Shown: piece after piece, positions 1 through 7,662 of the stretch
How positions within the stretch are numbered: position 1 is the stretch's first letter
How the letters are laid out: each line of letters opens with the position of its first letter
IMG/VR virus record: IMGVR_UViG_3300005805_000321
Location: 1 to 30,140 of that record
DNA length: 30,140 bases
Source: a virus
Lineage: Duplodnaviria > Caudoviricetes
Strand: one strand, 5' to 3'
The notes under the pieces: generated by a model
Databases searched by the model: none
What the model saw: only the letters and a program-made list of their open reading frames with translations
What the model was told of the DNA's origin: nothing
Position numbers and translations under genes: made by a program

Positions 1-1
1 C

Positions 2-397
2 ACTTTATATAACCCCCAACAAGGACACGCAGTATTAAAAGACTTGTGGCCTCAAATCAAAGCCACATTGATGGCAGGGCAGAAACTGCGGATTGAAATA
101 AAACAATCTCGTAGAAGCGCAGAACAGAATGATATGTTTCACGGCATCATTCATAAAATATATATTGCGATGAAAGCTGCGGGTTCAAAATGGACTGCGG
201 ACGATTGGAAACGATTATTGATAGACCAATGGGCACATGAGACGAATCGCAAGATCGGAAAGGTAGCCCCTTCACTTGATGGCGAAAGGGTCGTTCAATT
301 GGGGTTGCAGTCTCACAAGTTCACTATTGAAGATGGAAGCGAGTTCATAGAATGGCTATTAGCATGGACGGCACAAAATGGGCTTGATGTTTCCTAA
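2..397 (+). CDS. ninB: NinB/Orf-family recombination protein (probably 5'-truncated by window edge)
   Basis: RSAEQNDMFH...DDWKRLL...PSLDGERVVQLG..S.KFT...SEFIEW matches the NinB pattern; the frame is open back to position 2. Confidence 0.75.
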   Translation, partial: TLYNPQQGHAVLKDLWPQIKATLMAGQKLRIEIKQSRRSAEQNDMFHGIIHKIYIAMKAAGSKWTADDWKRLLIDQWAHETNRKIGKVAPSLDGERVVQLGLQSHKFTIEDGSEFIEWLLAWTAQNGLDVS

Positions 398-713
398 ATA
401 CACCTACTATCGGAGCAAGACCCACCTCCAGAATGTGGCCTCCCTACTCTGTCAGCACTGCGGACGGGACGGGACAGTACAAGCGGCACACTCCAATTGG
501 TCGGAACACGGTAAGGGCAGAGGGATAAAAGCAAGCGATATTTATACTGCCGCACTCTGTCAAGACTGCCATCAAGAACTAGATCAAGGAAAACATCTGT
601 CCAAAGACGAGCGAAAACGCTTATGGATTGAGGCCCACAAGAAAACGGTCTTTACAATGCAGATGTTGGATTTGTGGCCCCGAGACATTGGAATACCATT
701 AGAATACGATTAA
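387..713 (+). CDS. Zn-binding HNH-like phage protein (DUF968/YbcO-like)
   Basis: CQHCG...QAAH...GKGRGIKASD...LCQDCH motif; nin-region context; alternative start at 378. Confidence 0.6.
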   Translation: MFPKYTYYRSKTHLQNVASLLCQHCGRDGTVQAAHSNWSEHGKGRGIKASDIYTAALCQDCHQELDQGKHLSKDERKRLWIEAHKKTVFTMQMLDLWPRDIGIPLEYD

Positions 714-752
714 CCGATGCTGGTGGTGTTTCCTCCCACAAGTGAACAGTCT

Positions 753-780
753 GAGGCCGGGGCTTCGGCCCCTCTTTTTT
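753..780 (+). terminator. Rho-independent terminator before the late genes
   Basis: GGGGC-TTCG-GCCCC hairpin (759-772, cUUCGg loop) followed by TCTTTTTT. Confidence 0.75.
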
Positions 781-790
781 AAGGGTTTAT

Positions 791-1249
791 ATGACCGGAC
801 TTCTTGCCCCTGCTGCTGAAATCAGCATCGAGATCAAACAAAGCAAAGCAATGGACGCTGAAGGCGATTCATGCCCCGTTGCCACTCAAGATGTTGCTGA
901 GAACTTGAAGTGTCGCCAAAAAGCGATTGACAAGGCAATGTATGGGCCGATGAACCCCAACGAACCAAATAACGACTATTGGCGCAAACTCGGTGAGGGT
1001 TGGCGGCTTTCTGCTGGTCAAGCAAAGAAATCCACTTGCGGTAACTGTGCGGCATTCATTCAGACCACTGAGATGCTGGACTGTATTGATAAAGGCATGG
1101 GTGAGGATTCAGACGCATGGGATGTGATTGAAGCGGGTGATTTGGGTTACTGTGAAGTGTTCCATTTCAAATGTGCCTCTAAACGCACTTGCTCGGCATG
1201 GATTGTTGGTGGCCCCATTACTGATGACAGCGAAGGAGAAGAATCATGA
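791..1249 (+). CDS. Cys-rich protein with HiPIP-like (4Fe-4S) Cys pattern
   Basis: CGNCAAF...GYCEVF...KRTCSAW resembles HiPIP CxxC...C...CxxW; no Tat signal. Confidence 0.5.
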   Translation: MTGLLAPAAEISIEIKQSKAMDAEGDSCPVATQDVAENLKCRQKAIDKAMYGPMNPNEPNNDYWRKLGEGWRLSAGQAKKSTCGNCAAFIQTTEMLDCIDKGMGEDSDAWDVIEAGDLGYCEVFHFKCASKRTCSAWIVGGPITDDSEGEES

Positions 1250-1437
1250 TGAAAGTCTCAGACGCAATGCAAAAGAAGATCGGCAAGGTCATGGGCGAAT
1301 ACAAGCGCGGGGACTTGCACAGCGGTAAGGGCGGCAAAGTCGTGAAGAACCGAGATCAAGCACTTGCGATCAGTTTGAGTGAGGCCAATCTCCCGATGAG
1401 GGGTAAGCGCACCGCAACCAACAAGGCCAAAAAATGA
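1246..1437 (+). CDS. Small basic protein (DUF6496-like)
   Basis: KIGKVMGEYKRGDLHSGKGGKVVKNRDQALAISLSEA; ATGA overlap with upstream gene. Confidence 0.6.
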   Translation: MMKVSDAMQKKIGKVMGEYKRGDLHSGKGGKVVKNRDQALAISLSEANLPMRGKRTATNKAKK

Positions 1438-1589
1438 AGGGCTTGTACGCAAACATCAATGCCAAACAAGACCGGATAAAGGCTCAAAAGGCTGCGGGTG
1501 TAAAGCCCGAGCGCATGAGAAAAGTCGGTAGTAAGGGTGCGCCCACTGCGGCTGCATTCAAGGCTGCTGCCAAAACCGCAAAGAAATGA
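1434..1589 (+). CDS. Small Lys/Ala-rich basic protein, 51 aa (not in ORF track)
   Basis: MKGLYANINAKQDRIKAQKAAGVKPERMRKVGSKGAPTAAAFKAAAKTAKK; ATGA overlaps at both ends. Confidence 0.8.
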   Translation: MKGLYANINAKQDRIKAQKAAGVKPERMRKVGSKGAPTAAAFKAAAKTAKK

Positions 1590-1843
1590 AAGACCCGAGA
1601 CTTGCAAGGGCTGGAGTGAGTGGGTACAACAAACCCAAAGCAACGCCAACCCATCCAACCAAAAGTCATGTGGTGGTGGCAAAGAGTGGTGACGAAATCA
1701 AAACCATTCGTTTCGGACAGCAAGGCGTAAAAGGCTCTCCGGACGGGACAAAGCGAAACGAAGCATTCAAAGCCCGACACGCTGAGAACATCGAAAAGGG
1801 CAAGATGAGTGCGGCATATTGGGCCAACAAAGTAAAGTGGTGA
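1586..1843 (+). CDS. Small basic conserved phage protein
   Basis: IRFGQQG...FKARH...SAAYWANKVKW; coupled to upstream gene by ATGA. Confidence 0.7.
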   Translation: MKDPRLARAGVSGYNKPKATPTHPTKSHVVVAKSGDEIKTIRFGQQGVKGSPDGTKRNEAFKARHAENIEKGKMSAAYWANKVKW

Positions 1844-1847
1844 AATC

Positions 1848-3989
1848 ATGGACGAAGGCGCAGCATTTGGGTTCTTCCCACAATTAAGACCCCGCAGACG
1901 CTTACAAGACCCAACAGCGTCCGCAGATGTGCCTTTGCAAGTTCTTAGAGGCCGATTAGCCGGACTTTTGGGATTGCCCGCTGACATTGGAAACATAGTC
2001 CGATCTCCGCAGCCTATGGAGGCTTTTGGGAGTTACGACTACGAGCAACCCAAACAACTGCCATACACGACAGAGCAATTCCTAAAAGAACTGCCGTTAG
2101 CACCTACTGCGCCCGTAGGCCAATTAGCTGGTCAAGCTGCATCATTTGTTCCGCTGAATCCCGCACCATTAGTCAGAGGCGCACAAAAACTCGGAACGAT
2201 GGTCGGTGAGGGAATGGCAGAACGGGTAGCTACTGGTAGACCAATGCTTCCGAGTTTGCTGGCAGAACCCCAAGCGGCAATGTTTGCGGTGGAACCCAAT
2301 GTACCCCGCATGAACTTGCTGGACACGCCACCGGAGACAATGACAAGCCTATTAGAAGTCAAGCCACAAGCGGCTGTGAGCGATTTAGGGTTTTATTCTG
2401 CTGCCGAACAAGCTGCACTGAATCTCCAAAGAAACAAAGGCTCGGGCCAAGCATTCTTGAACGATTTGCTAAAGGCAGAAAATGTCAAGAAAGACGAACT
2501 GCAATGGATGGGTGTGGATGACTTCTTAAAAGAGAAACCCAATGTCACCAAGCAAGAGGTTCAAGACTTCATTGCCAACAATCGGGTTGATGTGAAGGAG
2601 GTTCAGTTAGGCAGTGAACCTTATCAAGACCCAATTGGCATGACCAAGCGAAAAGAGATTTTTGATAAATATGAACCGGAAATCTTGCGTTTAAGCAGAG
2701 AAATAGATGACCCACAAAGTTATGCAAGTGGTAACTATGTTCAACTGCTAAACGAATATAACCGTTTGCAAGATGCTAGAAACATTGAGGCTGATGCAGC
2801 CTACATGATTCCCGAAGCAAGGCCACCAAAATATGGGCAATACCAACTTCCCGGTGGTGAGAACTACCGTGAAATCTTGCTGACATTGCCACAAAAGCCA
2901 CAACCTTTGCCCGAAGGCTTTAATGTTGATGCTTACTCTGTCAATGGCGTAACAAAATATGGCGTATATGATGCAAGTGGTCAACGCTATGGAAGTGGCG
3001 CAACAAAAGACGAAGCATTACAAAAATTTAGTGAATTGCATCAAGATAAGCCATATAAGTCTTCCCACTTTGACGAACCTAACATTCTTGCTCATATCCG
3101 AGTAAACGACCGTGTAGACGCTGATGGCAAGAAAATGCTATTGATTGAGGAAATTCAATCAGATTGGCATCAAGCCGGACGAGAGAAGGGTTACAAAAGC
3201 AAAGAAAGTTTGGAGAAGTGGTATAGCCAAAATAAACTTGATGATGACCCATCTTTTGCTGACTTAAACAGCGAACAAAGAAGCATTATTGAGCAAAATA
3301 GAAATGCTGGAATGGGTGGTGATAACGCAGTACCAGACGCACCATTCAAAGACACATGGTATCAACTAGCCCTAAAGCGGGTACTGAAACACGCTGCTGA
3401 CAATGGATATGAACGGGTAGGGTTGACTACTGGCAAGCAGCAAGCGCAACGCTTTGATCTGAGCAAGCAAGTAGATGAAATAACCGTCCCAATGGTTAAT
3501 GAGGATGGAACTCGATCTGTCCGAATTGACCCAACAGAGGGAACAAGCATAAAACTCATGGTTGATAAAGATGGCATTGTTACTGGCTACGGTGCTGGTT
3601 CAACTCAATTTAGCGGTAAAAAACTAAATGATGTTGTTGGAAAAGAAATGTCTGAAAAGATCATGCAAGCAGAGAAAATGACCAAATTCTCCGGCGTTGA
3701 CCTTCAAGTTGGCGGCGAAGGGATGAAAAAGTATTATGACGAGATTTACCCCAAATTCTTAGACAAGTACGGCAAGAAGTGGAACGCAAGGGTAGGCGAG
3801 ACAAGAATTAAGACTGGTCAAGGCATACCCGGCGGCGCGCCTGTCCGCTACATCGACATAACCCCCGAAATGAAGGGTGCTGTAAGCAAAGGCCAACCGC
3901 TATTTGCTGCTACTCCGGCTCTCCCATTAGGGGCACAAGGACTACTCGGAGAACCCGAAAAGAAGAAAGAACTCAGTCTGTTAGACTAA
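1848..3989 (+). CDS. 713-aa putative virion-injected protein with EEIQSDWHQ domain (possibly GNAT-like)
   Basis: Long ORF; motifs GFYS, PGGENYRE, SHFDEPNILAH, LIEEIQSDWHQ, PDAPFK; low-complexity termini with GLL. Confidence 0.5.
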   Translation: MDEGAAFGFFPQLRPRRRLQDPTASADVPLQVLRGRLAGLLGLPADIGNIVRSPQPMEAFGSYDYEQPKQLPYTTEQFLKELPLAPTAPVGQLAGQAASFVPLNPAPLVRGAQKLGTMVGEGMAERVATGRPMLPSLLAEPQAAMFAVEPNVPRMNLLDTPPETMTSLLEVKPQAAVSDLGFYSAAEQAALNLQRNKGSGQAFLNDLLKAENVKKDELQWMGVDDFLKEKPNVTKQEVQDFIANNRVDVKEVQLGSEPYQDPIGMTKRKEIFDKYEPEILRLSREIDDPQSYASGNYVQLLNEYNRLQDARNIEADAAYMIPEARPPKYGQYQLPGGENYREILLTLPQKPQPLPEGFNVDAYSVNGVTKYGVYDASGQRYGSGATKDEALQKFSELHQDKPYKSSHFDEPNILAHIRVNDRVDADGKKMLLIEEIQSDWHQAGREKGYKSKESLEKWYSQNKLDDDPSFADLNSEQRSIIEQNRNAGMGGDNAVPDAPFKDTWYQLALKRVLKHAADNGYERVGLTTGKQQAQRFDLSKQVDEITVPMVNEDGTRSVRIDPTEGTSIKLMVDKDGIVTGYGAGSTQFSGKKLNDVVGKEMSEKIMQAEKMTKFSGVDLQVGGEGMKKYYDEIYPKFLDKYGKKWNARVGETRIKTGQGIPGGAPVRYIDITPEMKGAVSKGQPLFAATPALPLGAQGLLGEPEKKKELSLLD

Positions 3990-4020
3990 GCACTCACCAA
4001 CAAGCCTAAAGGAATTGGTA

Positions 4021-4077
4021 ATGCAAAAGAAGCCAATACTAACTATAGTAGCCAAAGATAGCAAGGGTGCTATATGA
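4021..4077 (+). CDS. Putative 18-aa leader ORF coupled to terS
   Basis: AAAGGA SD at 4008-4013, MQKKPILTIVAKDSKGAI*, stop overlaps the terS ATG (ATGA). Confidence 0.35.
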   Translation: MQKKPILTIVAKDSKGAI

Positions 4078-4376
4078 GTGGCGTAAGACACGGCGGCAGG
4101 GCCGCAGGAACGCCAAATAAGGCCACATCGGAGGCAAGACAAGCCATAGCTACCTTTGTGGATGGAAACGCTTGGAGGCTCTCTATTTGGCTCGACAAGG
4201 TAGCAGAGGGCGACCCCGTTCACGACATAAAGCCAAACCCCGCAAAGGCATTTGAGTTATTCCAAAGTGTCGTGGAGTATCACATTCCAAAGCTGGCAAG
4301 GACAGAACACGCCGGAGATGCGAACAATCCCATTGAAATGAAAGTTACATGGGCGCAACCGAACAATCCATCGTAA
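4074..4376 (+). CDS. terS: Terminase small subunit
   Basis: GGRAAGTPNK N-terminal motif, EHAGDANNPI tail, directly upstream of TerL. Confidence 0.7.
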   Translation: MSGVRHGGRAAGTPNKATSEARQAIATFVDGNAWRLSIWLDKVAEGDPVHDIKPNPAKAFELFQSVVEYHIPKLARTEHAGDANNPIEMKVTWAQPNNPS

Positions 4377-5617
4377 TCCCGTATAGCCCGAGAAAAGAGC
4401 AATTGCAGATTCACACTCTGCTAGACGCTAAACGATTCGGGGTGGTAGTGGCCCATCGAAGGATGGGAAAGACGGTATCAGCGATCAACCATCTGATTAA
4501 AGATGCGGTGACTAACCAAAAGGAAGCGCCGAGATACGCTTACATTGCCCCAACATACGGGCAAGCCAAACGGGTGGCATGGGACTACCTCACGAAGTAC
4601 GCAAGACCGTTAGGCGGCACAGAGAACATATCCGAGTTACGGGTGGACTTTTGGAACCGCCGGATTCAGCTATATGGGTCAGACAATCCCGATTCACTGC
4701 GCGGACAGTACTTCGATGGGGTGATTCTTGATGAGATTGGTGACCAAAACCCAAAGATATGGACAGACATTATTCGTCCGGCATTGGCTGACAGACTCGG
4801 ATGGTGCTTGTTTATTGGGACTCCAAAGGGCCACAATCACTTCAAAGACCTCAGAGATCGGGCAGAAACTGAGGACGGGTGGGGACTGCTGGAGTTCAAA
4901 GCCTCCCAAACGCAAGTCTTAAACGAGACCGAACTAAAGGCTGCTCGGATTGAAATGGGGGACGATAAGTACCTGCAAGAGTTTGAATGCTCTTTTACCG
5001 CAGCGGTGGAAGGCTCCTATTACGGTCAATTGCTCAACGATTTGGACGAAAAGAACCACATTCAAGAGTTTCCCCGCGATGACCTCTGTAAGACAGTCTG
5101 TGCATGGGACTTAGGAATGGGCGACTCAACCGCTATTTGGGTGGCTCAGATAGCGGGTTCAGAAATCAGACTGATTGACTTTTACGAGAACAACGGGGTC
5201 GGACTCGACAATTATGTGAATTGGTTAAGGCATAATGGATGGGACAAAGCCGAGCAAATCCTACCTCACGATGTACAAGTGCGGGAACTCGGGACGGGGA
5301 AAAGCCGACTAGAGGTTTTAACCGATGCTGGATTAAACATTCGAGTAGCCCCGCGCATGGGGGTCGATGATGGCATCCAAGCGGTACGAAGGCTTCTCCC
5401 GCGATGCTGGTTCAATGTGCCAAAAGTCAAGCAAGGACTAGACGCACTCAGAAACTACCGAAGGGATTACGATGAAAAGCGGAAAATCTTTTACGAGCGA
5501 CCACTTCATGATTGGAGTAGCCATGCTTCTGATGCTTTTCGCTACTTGGCAATCGGTCTAAACGAAACGACCGGATGGTCAAAGATGCCCACAAATAATG
5601 TGAAATGGATTGTGTGA
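4349..5617 (+). CDS. terL: Terminase large subunit
   Basis: Walker A HRRMGKT, Walker B VILDE, coupling motif IGTPKG, nuclease WDLG and SHASDAFRY. Confidence 0.97.
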   Translation: MGATEQSIVIPYSPRKEQLQIHTLLDAKRFGVVVAHRRMGKTVSAINHLIKDAVTNQKEAPRYAYIAPTYGQAKRVAWDYLTKYARPLGGTENISELRVDFWNRRIQLYGSDNPDSLRGQYFDGVILDEIGDQNPKIWTDIIRPALADRLGWCLFIGTPKGHNHFKDLRDRAETEDGWGLLEFKASQTQVLNETELKAARIEMGDDKYLQEFECSFTAAVEGSYYGQLLNDLDEKNHIQEFPRDDLCKTVCAWDLGMGDSTAIWVAQIAGSEIRLIDFYENNGVGLDNYVNWLRHNGWDKAEQILPHDVQVRELGTGKSRLEVLTDAGLNIRVAPRMGVDDGIQAVRRLLPRCWFNVPKVKQGLDALRNYRRDYDEKRKIFYERPLHDWSSHASDAFRYLAIGLNETTGWSKMPTNNVKWIV

Positions 5618-7635
5618 TGGACGAAAACAAACTCAAATCAATCATTGATGCGGAGATTTCCAACAGTCTCGGCTATTTGGAGACCGAAACCACTGAACAG
5701 CGTAGGGAAGCACTGCAAGCCTACCTCCGGCAACCTTACGGCAATGAGGTAGAGGGCAAGTCTCAGATTGTCACCGGTGAGGTGGCAGAGGCCGTAGACG
5801 GTTCTTTACCGTCTTTGGTGCGAATCTTCTCGGCAAGCGATGAGGTGGTGAGGTTTGAACCCCGTGGCCCAAACGATGAGGCCGGAGCAAAGCAAGCCAC
5901 AGAATATGTGAATTGGGTATTCAATCGTGACAACGAAGGCGTGATTATTCTGCACGATTGGTTCAAGGATGCACTTCTCCAAAAGGTCGGGGTGGTAAAA
6001 GCCTATTGGGAAGATAAAGAAGATGTAATCAAAGAAAAGTACCGTGATCTAACTGAGGACGAACTCGCCATGCTGATGAGTGATGGCACGATGGAGATCG
6101 TTGAGCAAGACACACAAGAATTCGATCAGATGACCCCAATGGGGCCGATGAAGGTCAAGATTCATGCTGTGACCGTCTCAAAGAAACAAAAGACGGGCCG
6201 TGTGGTGGTCGAGAATGTACCGCCCGAAGAATTCCTAATCTCTAAGAAGGCTCGGAGAATTGAGGGTTCGCCATTCGTTGCACACCGTAAGCTGATGACT
6301 CGTAGCGACTTGATCGCAATGGGCTTTGATGCTGACATTGTGGACGGGATTCCTTCTAGCGACTCACTGACCTACACACCGGAGCGACTCGTTAGGTTCT
6401 CCAATGGTGAGCAACCGGATGACTCCACAAGCATGGATGACTCTATGCAGAGTGTGGAAGTGTTTGAGTGTTACCTACGGGCAGACATGGACGGGGACGG
6501 TATTGCTGAACTGCGACAAGTGTTCTATGCTGGCAACGAGATTTTGTCAGACGAAGAATGCGACTATGTGCCATTCCACTCGATCTGTCCGATTCCAATC
6601 CCGCACAAGTTTTTCGGTCAATCATTGGCTGACCGGACTACAGACATTCAGTTACAAAAGACCACTATCACCCGTCAGATTTTGGATAACCTCTATCTGA
6701 CAAACAATGCTAGGGTGACTGCTGTAGACGGGCAAGTTAACTTAGATGACTTGCTGACAGCGACTGCGGGTGGTGTGGTGCGGATTAAGTCTCAAGGCGC
6801 AGTGCAACCGTTACAAGTGCAACCCGTTGCGGGACAAGCATTTCCGATGCTGCAATATCTTGACTCTGTGGCCCAAAAGCGCACCGGAGTGACAGACGCT
6901 TCACAAGGGCTAGACCCCGCTATTTTGCAGAATGTGACTGCTGCGGCTGTGGCATCTATGCAAGCTGCTGGTGCGGGTAAGGTCGAACTGATTGCACGAA
7001 TCTTTGCGGAGACGGGTGTTAAGTCACTGTTTAAGGGCATTCTGCATCTTCTTTGTAAGTATCAAGACAAGCCCCGCATTGTTCGGATGAGAGGCAACTA
7101 TGTGGCCTTTGACCCGCGAGAGTGGACGAATCAATACGATGTGGACATAAATGTTGGTCTCGGTGCTGGCAACCGTCAAGAGCAAATGGCGATGCTTCAA
7201 ATGGTCTTGCAGAAACAAGAGCAAGTATTGGGACAGATGGGGCCATCCAACCCATTGGTGAGCATTGGTCAGTACCGGAATACTCTCGGTCGGATGGTGG
7301 AAGCGGCAGGGTTCAAAGACAGTGCAGAGTTTTACAAAGCCATTCCTCCGGAACTCGATCAGCAATTGAGCAACCCACAACCGCAAGCACCGCAGATGAC
7401 TCCGGAAGCACAAGCGGCAATGGCAAAGGCTCAAGCAGACATTCAGAACCAACAGATGAAGGCACAAGCTGATATTCAGTTGGCAAGGGAAAAAGCTGCG
7501 GCTGATTTGCAGTTACAGCGGGACAAGTTCCAAGCTGAGATGTTGTTCAGAAAGCAAGAGTTTGAAGCAGAGGCCCAATTGAAAGCAATGAAGGTAGGTG
7601 CAGGGATTACCTCAAACATTGAGATTCCGGGGTAA
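5617..7635 (+). CDS. Portal protein (P22-like, long coiled-coil C-terminus)
   Basis: Follows TerL with TGATG overlap; WFKDALLQKVGVVK, PPEEFLI, PHKFFGQSLAD; Gln/Ala-rich C-terminal helix. Confidence 0.93.
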   Translation: MDENKLKSIIDAEISNSLGYLETETTEQRREALQAYLRQPYGNEVEGKSQIVTGEVAEAVDGSLPSLVRIFSASDEVVRFEPRGPNDEAGAKQATEYVNWVFNRDNEGVIILHDWFKDALLQKVGVVKAYWEDKEDVIKEKYRDLTEDELAMLMSDGTMEIVEQDTQEFDQMTPMGPMKVKIHAVTVSKKQKTGRVVVENVPPEEFLISKKARRIEGSPFVAHRKLMTRSDLIAMGFDADIVDGIPSSDSLTYTPERLVRFSNGEQPDDSTSMDDSMQSVEVFECYLRADMDGDGIAELRQVFYAGNEILSDEECDYVPFHSICPIPIPHKFFGQSLADRTTDIQLQKTTITRQILDNLYLTNNARVTAVDGQVNLDDLLTATAGGVVRIKSQGAVQPLQVQPVAGQAFPMLQYLDSVAQKRTGVTDASQGLDPAILQNVTAAAVASMQAAGAGKVELIARIFAETGVKSLFKGILHLLCKYQDKPRIVRMRGNYVAFDPREWTNQYDVDINVGLGAGNRQEQMAMLQMVLQKQEQVLGQMGPSNPLVSIGQYRNTLGRMVEAAGFKDSAEFYKAIPPELDQQLSNPQPQAPQMTPEAQAAMAKAQADIQNQQMKAQADIQLAREKAAADLQLQRDKFQAEMLFRKQEFEAEAQLKAMKVGAGITSNIEIPG

Positions 7636-7662
7636 TCATGCAAACATCATTGGGGAACTGAT

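Noticed and set aside
714-775. HDV-like or pistol ribozyme
   Set aside because: A TTCCTC loop and pseudoknot potential exist, but no P1 partner or conserved catalytic junctions could be matched.
7638-7661. Seven-codon ORF MQTSLGN after the portal gene
   Set aside because: Too short to support; it mostly overlaps the SD of the next gene.
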